Below, piece by piece: positions 15,873 through 22,926 of a DNA stretch of 24,000 nucleotides (positions are counted from its first letter, which is position 1; every line of letters starts with the position of its first letter). Origin of the DNA: Candidatus Bathyarchaeia archaeon (GTDB lineage Archaea > Asgardarchaeota > Heimdallarchaeia > JABLTI01); the NCBI GenBank assembly GCA_035528035.1, contig DATKZI010000032.1:10375-34374 (forward strand), read 5' to 3'. The translations under genes were made by a program, and so were the position numbers. The notes beneath the pieces were generated by a model. That model was not told the origin of the DNA, searched no databases, and saw nothing but the letters and a program-made list of their open reading frames with translations.

Positions 15873-16658
15873 TTATTCTTTTGAGAATTTTACTACCCGA
15901 GTGTTATTTGTTAAAGTAATAATATCATTTCTAGAAATCGGCACTATATTAATGAAATTTAATCGGCTGCAAAATTCTATATCATCAATGTAATTTAAAT
16001 CAATCAATTTTTTACCATGAGCAGTTTGATACAATAGATCGTAAAGCGTAGTAGTTTTTAGTAATTCCTCTAAATAAGCTATTTCTTCAGTAACTTCTTG
16101 AGCTAGAGTAACACCTATATTCTGGAATTCATTTGCTATAATTAATCCACCCAATTGATCTTCTGTAATAGTATTGTTTTGAATATTACCTTCTGAAAAT
16201 GCTGGAATGATTACTACTTTAAGTTGTCTCTCATCTTCTTGAGCTATGTCAATTACTTTTTGTGCGATAACTTTAGCATTAACTATTGAACCAATTAGGA
16301 TATATTTTGCTCCTATTGATTCCACTACCCTCCTTGCTCCAGTAGAGGAAGTAAATGCTGTTGCTGGTTTTGCAAAATTAATTTTAGAACTAACTTCAAC
16401 AGGGCTATTGCCAAAATCAAATCCTTCTAACATCAAGCACCCTCGTTCACCCATAAGGAGAGTGTCAAATTCAACTTTTACTTGGCGTGTATCTTCAACC
16501 TCCTTTGCAACATAGAAGGTGTTTAAACCTTGCCGCATAGCAGTAGGTATTGTTGTGCTTGCTCGTAAAACATCTACGATTATTGCTACACCATTTGTTG
16601 TTTCTGAAGCTAATTTCGATCCTTCATTATTTCCTAAAAGAACCACTTCAATTGACAT
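15873..16658 (-). CDS. comB: 2-phosphosulfolactate phosphatase (ComB) family protein
   Basis: 261 aa. Contains IIVDVLRASTTIPTAM, GERGCLMLEGFDFGNSPVEV and TEDQLGGLIIANEF, which match recalled ComB-family motifs (DvlRaSTti, GERng..i.GFdlgNSP, ED.l.aG). The physiological substrate is not inferable. Confidence 0.75.
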   Translation of the reverse strand: MSIEVVLLGNNEGSKLASETTNGVAIIVDVLRASTTIPTAMRQGLNTFYVAKEVEDTRQVKVEFDTLLMGERGCLMLEGFDFGNSPVEVSSKINFAKPATAFTSSTGARRVVESIGAKYILIGSIVNAKVIAQKVIDIAQEDERQLKVVIIPAFSEGNIQNNTITEDQLGGLIIANEFQNIGVTLAQEVTEEIAYLEELLKTTTLYDLLYQTAHGKKLIDLNYIDDIEFCSRLNFINIVPISRNDIITLTNNTRVVKFSKE

Positions 16659-16809
16659 AGTGACCAGAATTTTTTGTGTTTTTCCTCTTTTTAAGCACTA
16701 GTACTTATATTGGTATGAAAGAAAAATAACCAAGAAATAGAAAAAATGAAAAAGGTTAATAAATTAGTATCTCAAAGATAGCAAATCGTATGAGCTTGTA
16801 GTCGAACAC

Positions 16810-16828
16810 TCTGACTTTTTGAGTCAGA
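16810..16828. promoter_or_regulatory. Perfect 7-bp inverted repeat TCTGACT-TTTTG-AGTCAGA in the divergent comB / HEAT-repeat intergenic region
   Basis: Read directly from the sequence. It lies about 80 nt upstream of the HEAT gene start and about 150 nt upstream of comB. It could be an operator or an RNA hairpin. Confidence 0.3.
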
Positions 16829-16905
16829 TAATTATCTTAAATGAAATCAAATAAACTGATAATATACTTAAGGAATCAATCAGACTGTTACTAGGAGGAT
16901 TAATT

Positions 16906-18003
16906 TTGACCTCGATGGATGATATTAAGCAGCTACTTTTGGACAAGAAGGAAGAAGAAATTTTAAAGCTGATGAAAAGAGAAAAGAAAAATATTCGAGA
17001 TATTTTACTTGGAATTGCAGAAAACGATTCCGATTGGAAATTTAGAAGAGATGCAATTAAGATTCTTGGAAAAGCAAAAATCAATGAAAGCATTGAACTT
17101 TTGCAAAAAATTCTGTTGAAAGATCATTTAACAGTTTTAAGGAAATTTGCAGCAAAAGCAATTGGTTCTATTGACGATCCTGCAGGGATACCACCATTGT
17201 TAGATGCACTAAAAACATCTAAAGATCCTGCTGTGATTGTTGAGATTAGTAATGCATTGGGATGTTTAAAAGCAACCGAAGCTATCGAACCTTTAGTTGC
17301 CTTACTCAAGACAAGCAAGGATGGTGAAATACGAGAAAATGCTGCAGAAGCCTTAGGATTGATTGGTGATAAAAAAGCAGTAGATAGTTTATTAGGAATT
17401 TTGAAAAATGATAAAGAAGATTGGGTAAGAGGACAAGCAGCAGAAGCTTTAGGATTAATTGGTGATAAAAAAGCTGTTCCTGATTTAATCACCACCCTAA
17501 CCAAAGATGGTGGTTTAGGAGTTGCTGTAAAAACTGCAACAGCATTAGGACGCTTAAAAGATACAGAAGCTGTTGAATCATTAATTAATTTCATACAAAA
17601 AGGTCAAAATGTAGAAAATAGACGAGCTGCAACTTATGCTTTAGGTGAAATTGGTGATAAGAAAGCTGCAGAAATCTTCTTAGAATTATTGGAATCTGAT
17701 GAAGATGAAACTGTTAGATACTGGTCCTGTTTATCTTTAGGTTTTATGAAATATTCTAAAGCCTCAAATACTATGTTAGAAATTTTGAAAAATGATTCCA
17801 GCGCTCGCGTTCGAAAAACTGCTGCTCTGTCAGTTCGTCAATTACCTCCTAAATCAAAGAAAGCGATAAAAGAACTTTTAGGAATAAAAGAAGCTGAAGT
17901 TGATCCAGAAGTAAAAGAGAAAATTCAAGAAATTATTTTAAAAATAGCTGAAGAACAGGATTGTTCCAGTGAAATGGAATTAATAAAGAAAATGGAACTT
18001 TAA
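16906..18003 (+). CDS. HEAT / PBS-lyase-type repeat protein
   Basis: 365 aa with at least 7 repeats of the type vRxxAAxALGxIGDKKAVxxLixxLkd (e.g. IRENAAEALGLIGDKKAVDSLLGILKND, VRGQAAEALGLIGDKKAVPDLITTLTKD). The TTG at 16906 is preceded by GGAGG (16894-16898) with 7-nt spacing. The alternative ATG at 16915 has poorer spacing. Confidence 0.85.
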   Translation: MTSMDDIKQLLLDKKEEEILKLMKREKKNIRDILLGIAENDSDWKFRRDAIKILGKAKINESIELLQKILLKDHLTVLRKFAAKAIGSIDDPAGIPPLLDALKTSKDPAVIVEISNALGCLKATEAIEPLVALLKTSKDGEIRENAAEALGLIGDKKAVDSLLGILKNDKEDWVRGQAAEALGLIGDKKAVPDLITTLTKDGGLGVAVKTATALGRLKDTEAVESLINFIQKGQNVENRRAATYALGEIGDKKAAEIFLELLESDEDETVRYWSCLSLGFMKYSKASNTMLEILKNDSSARVRKTAALSVRQLPPKSKKAIKELLGIKEAEVDPEVKEKIQEIILKIAEEQDCSSEMELIKKMEL

Positions 18004-18013
18004 CAACAATCAT

Positions 18014-18042
18014 ATTATGAGCTTTGCTCATAATTATTTTTT
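18014..18042 (+). terminator. Hairpin plus T6 run downstream of the HEAT-repeat gene
   Basis: ATTATGAGC-TTT-GCTCATAAT forms a perfect 9-bp stem (18014-18034). It is followed by TATTTTTT with a T6 run at 18037-18042, 11 nt after the stop codon. Confidence 0.55.
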
Positions 18043-18109
18043 ATTTATTAATGTAATAATAACAGATTCTTAGTAATAGATAAAAACTATTTTTAGAAAT
18101 AAACGAATT

Positions 18110-19549
18110 ATGACTGTTCAAGAGCTATTTATCACTTCGGTAGGAATTGATGTTGGAACATCAACATCCCATATGGTTTTTTCCAAACTACATTTAGTTA
18201 AACAAATGAGTCGATCTTCAAAGAAATTTGAAATTATTAGTCGAGACATACTCTATCGAGGTAACATTTATTTAACCCCTCTTATTGATCGTGAAACAAT
18301 TGATTTTGATAAACTTTCTGTGATTTTTCAAGAGGAATTTAAAAATGCCAATATAACAAAAGATGACATTGATACTGGAGCGGTGATTGTTACTGGTGAA
18401 ACAGCTAAGAAAAAGAATGCAGAAAAAATCGTTAGTTTATTAGCTGCTGAAGCGGGTAAGTTTGTAGCAGCAACTGCTGGGCCTAATTTTGAATCAGTCA
18501 TAGCTGGAATGGGTAGTGGTGCAGTTACTCGAGCTAAAGAATTAAAGAAAACTATTGTGAATATTGACACAGGAGGAGGTACATCAAACATTGCTGTTAT
18601 TTCTCCTGATGGAGATATTATTGATACTGCTTGTATAAATGTTGGTGGAAGATTACTAGTAACAAATGGTTCTGAAAATATAATTGAACGAATAGAAGAT
18701 GCTGCTAAATATGCTGCTGAAGATATTGGCGTTCATTTAGAAATAGGTAAATCCATTTCCATTGAAGATAAAGAAAAGGTATCTAGACGTCTTGTAGAAG
18801 CTTTAATTGAAGTTATAACCAAACAAGAAAATGTTTCACACGTCGCTATGAAATTAATGTTGACTCCACTTTTAACTTTTGATGGTAAAATTGATTATTA
18901 CTCTTTCTCGGGTGGAGTTGCTGAATATATTTATGGGAAAACTAAGGAATATTATAATGATATAGGGATTCAAGTCGCTAATGAAATTAAGAAGCAATGT
19001 CAAAAAGCTAAATTGAAACTTATTGAACCACCAGAATTAATTCGCGCGACAGTTATTGGAGCAGGTCAATACTCTTTACAAGTAAGTGGAGCAACAACTC
19101 TTGTAACAGAGGATAATGATTTTCCAATCAGAAATATTCCAGTTGTTGTACCTTATATTCCTCAAGAAAATCCTACTGAAGAAGATATCAAACATGCTGT
19201 GACCATGGCCTATAAGCGAATTGATCTTTCAGAAGGTGAAGCTCCTGTTGCACTTTCATTTCACAAAACTATTGGTTTATCTTATGAACGTTTGAAATCT
19301 TTTGCTAAAGGAATAGTTTCGGCGGTTCCCACATTGGTAAAGAAGAATTTACCGTTAATCTTAGTTTTCAATGATGATATTGGTAACAGTGTAGGTAATG
19401 TTATGCGAAGAGAAACTGATTTGACTAAAAATATCATCTCTATTGATGAATTAGGTTTAAGAGAAGGGGACTATATTGATATAGGTGAACCCATGGCTAA
19501 TAAACAAGTGGTTCCAGTTGTTGTTAAAACACTAATATTTGAAAATTAA
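18110..19549 (+). CDS. EutA/GlmL-like ASKHA-fold ATPase (reactivase-family homologue)
   Basis: 479 aa. ITSVGIDVGTSTSHMVFSKL (phosphate-1 DxGT motif), IDTGAVIVTGETAKKKNAEKI, FVAATAGPNFESVIAGMGSGA and NIDTGGGTSNIAVI...CINVGGRLL follow the order and wording I recall for EutA-family proteins. Confidence 0.7.
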   Translation: MTVQELFITSVGIDVGTSTSHMVFSKLHLVKQMSRSSKKFEIISRDILYRGNIYLTPLIDRETIDFDKLSVIFQEEFKNANITKDDIDTGAVIVTGETAKKKNAEKIVSLLAAEAGKFVAATAGPNFESVIAGMGSGAVTRAKELKKTIVNIDTGGGTSNIAVISPDGDIIDTACINVGGRLLVTNGSENIIERIEDAAKYAAEDIGVHLEIGKSISIEDKEKVSRRLVEALIEVITKQENVSHVAMKLMLTPLLTFDGKIDYYSFSGGVAEYIYGKTKEYYNDIGIQVANEIKKQCQKAKLKLIEPPELIRATVIGAGQYSLQVSGATTLVTEDNDFPIRNIPVVVPYIPQENPTEEDIKHAVTMAYKRIDLSEGEAPVALSFHKTIGLSYERLKSFAKGIVSAVPTLVKKNLPLILVFNDDIGNSVGNVMRRETDLTKNIISIDELGLREGDYIDIGEPMANKQVVPVVVKTLIFEN

Positions 19550-19805
19550 TAGCGAAAAATTAGTATGCAAATGTATAAGAACCTCAAGAAGTATATATAA
19601 TTGAACGGAAAAATAATCTGCGGAAGATTTTCCCAAAAAGCATTTTAACAGTAACATTTGTATGTTAACTTGAGGTTTTTAAACAATATTTTCCATTCAT
19701 AAATGATTAGCATTAAAAGAGCGCAGTCATAGAAAAAATTTACCTGTTAATAAAAAACAACAAAATTGAACGAATAAGGTACAAGTAGAAAAACAAGGTG
19801 TTTGA

Positions 19806-20087
19806 ATGAAAGAAAAAATCATTAATTTAACAGAGAAACTATATGAAGCAGGTTTTGTCATTGAAGGAATTGACGTAGAAGCATCTGATATTATTAGGAT
19901 TAAATTTAGTGGATTAGCTGGTTTAGAAGTTGTTATCAATGATACTTATGCTAAAATCATTGAAGGGGATTGTTCAGAAAAAGCAATAATAAAACTCAAA
20001 AAATTACTAAAGTCTAACTATGTTTTAAAAGATGAAATTGAATCTATAGATAATGATATGTTCAATAAATTGTTAAATGCATCTTAA
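19806..20087 (+). CDS. Small hypothetical protein
   Basis: 93 aa. The ATG is preceded by AAGGTG with ~6-nt spacing. Predicted alpha/beta with no recognised motif. Confidence 0.5.
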   Translation: MKEKIINLTEKLYEAGFVIEGIDVEASDIIRIKFSGLAGLEVVINDTYAKIIEGDCSEKAIIKLKKLLKSNYVLKDEIESIDNDMFNKLLNAS

Positions 20088-20135
20088 ATTTAAGATAAAA
20101 AATCTAGAAAATAGAATAACTGAAAAATAAAGCAA

Positions 20136-20348
20136 TTATTGTCCAGCCATTTTTTTAACTGAACAACTTTTATCTTCACAGCTGTAACAGCTTGTTCCTT
20201 TATATTTTTGAGAACAATAAGAGACCTGGTTTCTATTTTTACACCAATCTATTACACAATCTAAACAAAAAATAGATTCTTTAGTTTTTACTGAGAGCGC
20301 TGTCTTTTCACGAGATAAGGGTTTATTTTCTTGAATTTTAATTGCCAA
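20136..20348 (-). CDS. Cys-rich mini-protein, paralogue 1
   Basis: 70 aa. The only canonical start is the TTG at 20348; GGTGA lies 3 nt upstream and an in-frame TGA two codons upstream. Core: FCLDCVIDWCKNRNQVSYCSQKYKGTSCYSCEDKSC. Confidence 0.55.
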   Translation of the reverse strand: MAIKIQENKPLSREKTALSVKTKESIFCLDCVIDWCKNRNQVSYCSQKYKGTSCYSCEDKSCSVKKMAGQ

Positions 20349-20476
20349 TCTTCACCATTCCTTTAAGAATTCATCCAAATTATAAATCTTTAATCAATAC
20401 TTTTTAAGTTGCTAATATGTCGGGAATATGGCAGTAGTACCTAATAATCACTAAAATAACAATATAAATATGGATA

Positions 20477-20668
20477 TTACTCTAATTGACAATAGCCATC
20501 CTCACAATTTAGTCCACTAATTCCCTTATATTTAAATGAACAATAGACTATTTGATTTCGTAGAGAACACCAACTATACATACATTTACTACAGAATCCA
20601 ATACTTGAATCATCTAAAGGTAAGAGTAATTCCTCTACTTTTGATCTCTTTTTTGAATCAGTAACCAA
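20477..20668 (-). CDS. Cys-rich mini-protein, paralogue 2
   Basis: 63 aa, TTG start at 20668. Core: FCSKCMYSWCSLRNQIVYCSFKYKGISGLNCEDGYC. It shares F-C-x2-C-x3-W-C-x2-RNQ-x2-YCS-x-KYKG-x-S-x3-CED-x2-C with the neighbouring gene. Confidence 0.55.
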   Translation of the reverse strand: MVTDSKKRSKVEELLLPLDDSSIGFCSKCMYSWCSLRNQIVYCSFKYKGISGLNCEDGYCQLE

Positions 20669-20804
20669 TTTTCTTCGCCAAATTTTTTCTTTTATAAATT
20701 TTTTAATGTAATAAATTAATCCATAGATGTCTTTTATTTGCTAAATCTATATTTGAAATTTAATTATTAAAGTCACCATATTTTATAATCTTCTTATTAT
20801 CATT

Positions 20805-21941
20805 TTATATTGTATTTGGAATGGCTTTTCCAAGATGTTTCTTTTGACTAGTTATTTCCCTATTGATAATTATTTGATTTTCTAATGATTGATTAATTTG
20901 AAGGTATTCATCAAGGGTGTAATTCATTACCAATAATCCATTAAGCAATTTACAAACATTTTCAGCCTGGTATAGATCTCGATGATTCCATAATTGATTT
21001 CTATTAATATCATAATCAGCGATATTTTCTGCACCAGGTAAACAAACATTTGAAGCTGATACAACACCATCATTTTCTTCTTTTTTATTGTAAATTAAAT
21101 TGGAAAACCAGTGATTTTTTGTGCCACGAATAGTTATCCAGCGAATTTTACCAGGAGTGGGATTAAGACTATTTAACCCTTCTAGAAAATCATTCGGAGG
21201 TGATTTTTTTCGAAACATTTTACCTAAAATTCGGCCATAAATTTTCACATTACCAATACCAATTTGTTGAAATTGTTCACTTTTAGAAAAATTATTTCTA
21301 CCATAGAAAAGATGTAATAGTAATTGCATCAATGGTAAACGCAATTTATCAATAATTAAGCAACCATAATTTGGTGTTCCTATCATAACAATTGTTTTAA
21401 TTTTCAAATAACCATAATTTGCTGTTTTTATTTGATTCTCACCTAAAAGATATTTATGGATGAATTTTCTTAAAATCAATCCGCCCATACTTGCTGCAAT
21501 AAAATCTATTTCGCCATTTTTTATTAGATGCCAATCATTTATGTTAGAATTAATTTTAGAGTACAATTCATCAGCTAAATTTGTTATATTATACTCGAAA
21601 TTGCATCTACCGTCTTTCTTTGAATAAAGATCATAAAGGTAAATTTGTTTATAACCAAAAGGATTCTTTTTAGGATGATATTTTAATGCTTCAATATAAT
21701 ATCTATGATCGCCTATTTTTGGGGGATTTGATACAGAATAACCAGGGATTATTATTAAAATACGCTTAGACCTATCATTTGATATTCTATTTTTTAGATT
21801 GGGAAATTCTTCTTTGTCTGATTGTTGATTCCTTTTGATAGATGATAATACAAGTAAATTTAGAGTATCAATTGTTAATTCATTTTGAAGGATTTGATAC
21901 GACGTTAATTTTTGGATTTCTAAATTCATTTGCCTAACCAT
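20805..21941 (-). CDS. Alpha/beta-hydrolase, lipase/esterase-like (PGAP1 / DUF676-type serine hydrolase)
   Basis: 378 aa. RILIIIPGY (strand plus oxyanion region). Nucleophile elbow IDFIAASMGGLILRKF (A-x-S-x-G). IVMIGTPNYG (GTP-x-x-G as in PGAP1/DUF676 lipases). ENDGVVSASNV (candidate acid). LWNHRDLY (candidate His). Confidence 0.65.
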   Translation of the reverse strand: MVRQMNLEIQKLTSYQILQNELTIDTLNLLVLSSIKRNQQSDKEEFPNLKNRISNDRSKRILIIIPGYSVSNPPKIGDHRYYIEALKYHPKKNPFGYKQIYLYDLYSKKDGRCNFEYNITNLADELYSKINSNINDWHLIKNGEIDFIAASMGGLILRKFIHKYLLGENQIKTANYGYLKIKTIVMIGTPNYGCLIIDKLRLPLMQLLLHLFYGRNNFSKSEQFQQIGIGNVKIYGRILGKMFRKKSPPNDFLEGLNSLNPTPGKIRWITIRGTKNHWFSNLIYNKKEENDGVVSASNVCLPGAENIADYDINRNQLWNHRDLYQAENVCKLLNGLLVMNYTLDEYLQINQSLENQIIINREITSQKKHLGKAIPNTI

Positions 21942-22006
21942 TTAGAGTTCATTTAATGGAAACTCCTCATGTTTAGTTTAAAAATAGCTAACTGCAGATT
22001 TTCAGA

Positions 22007-22756
22007 TTACTCAATAATAATAATATTATGTTTATTCAATATTGAAATAAAGCTTTTCTTAGAAAGTATGGGTTTTATTGTAAACATATTCTGATACTCA
22101 ATCTTGTTTAGCTGCTTAATGATTTTAGTTACTTTTTCTTTAATTTCATCTTCAAGATTTTTAGGAATATATGTATAGATGATTTTTTCCTTTTCATCAA
22201 TTAGTGAAGTTAATTCATTGCCCAATTTAATCTTTGAGTCTTCATATTCAACTGTCAAACCATCATTTATCCTAAATAATCTCTTTTTTGGCTTTAATTT
22301 CAAGTTGGCAACTAGTTCTTTGTAAATCTGCTTTATCGTTTCAGCATGAAGATTATCTTCAGAAGGCAAATAATTTTCTTGATATACATTTAACAAAGAT
22401 TCAATCATCGAATAAACATTAGCAATGAATCTTATCATTTCTTTTTTGAAGATCAAAAATAAAGAGCAAAAACGTCCTTCTGCCAAAGTTTTGGACTTAA
22501 CAGTAAAAATATAAATTAACGCTCGAAAGGCTTCATTATAAGGCACAGGTATAGGACCAAAGAGACCTTTTTGATTATTTTCGCCCATACCTACTGCAGT
22601 AATGCCATGGATTATTGTAGCTATTGCTCCTCGTTCATCTAAAGAGCTTAAATTTAGAGATAATGATGGACCTGTTTCTTCCCCTATCGCAAATAGGATG
22701 CCATCAAATATGGAATCAATAGTATCAGTAGGTTCAGTAGCGATCTTAAAGGTCAT
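22007..22756 (-). CDS. Hypothetical protein; N-terminal alpha/beta domain of unknown family
   Basis: 249 aa. The ATG is preceded by GGAG about 9 nt upstream. The N-terminal ~130 aa pattern is beta-beta-alpha-beta-beta-beta-alpha (GILFAIGEE / SLSLNL / ERGAIATIIHGITAVGMG / GLFGPIPVP / RALIYIFTVKS / RFCSLFLIFKKE / IRFIANVYSMIESLL). The C-terminus is Lys/Glu/Ile-rich. Confidence 0.55.
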   Translation of the reverse strand: MTFKIATEPTDTIDSIFDGILFAIGEETGPSLSLNLSSLDERGAIATIIHGITAVGMGENNQKGLFGPIPVPYNEAFRALIYIFTVKSKTLAEGRFCSLFLIFKKEMIRFIANVYSMIESLLNVYQENYLPSEDNLHAETIKQIYKELVANLKLKPKKRLFRINDGLTVEYEDSKIKLGNELTSLIDEKEKIIYTYIPKNLEDEIKEKVTKIIKQLNKIEYQNMFTIKPILSKKSFISILNKHNIIIIE

Positions 22757-22926
22757 TTACTTGTTCTCCAATTATACACCCTATCAAATTGAAAAGTCTG
22801 TAATCATTCTTTAAACTTTTGCTTTTGAAAATCAATGATTTTTACTTTTACTAAATTATTCTTTAATATGAAAAAAAGTTAATAGTAGTAATGTTGTTAA
22901 GAGTTTGTGTAATAGAGGAATATAGA

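Noticed and set aside
14828-17594. Track ORFs 14828..15046, 15428..15649, 16246..16515, 16519..16701, 16824..17093 and 17124..17594
   Set aside because: All are antisense to, or overlap the ends of, well-supported genes (OppC-type permease, ComB, HEAT protein). The 156-aa ORF 17124..17594 merely mirrors the HEAT repeats (recurring FLSPINPKASAA).
17340-17670. Near-identical ~38-nt DNA repeats (GCAGAAGCYTTAGGATTRATTGGTGATAAAAAAGC at 17344 and 17440, with a weaker copy near 17637) considered as a CRISPR-like or mobile repeat
   Set aside because: They are in frame and encode the AAEALGLIGDKKAV units of the HEAT/PBS repeats. Spacing follows the protein repeat length, so this is a protein-repeat signature and not a repeat array.
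18328-19939. Minus-strand ORFs 18328..18591 and 19727..19939
   Set aside because: The first is antisense to the EutA-like gene. The second spans an intergenic region and overlaps the SD-supported start of the 93-aa plus-strand gene; its translation is low-complexity and it has no start context.
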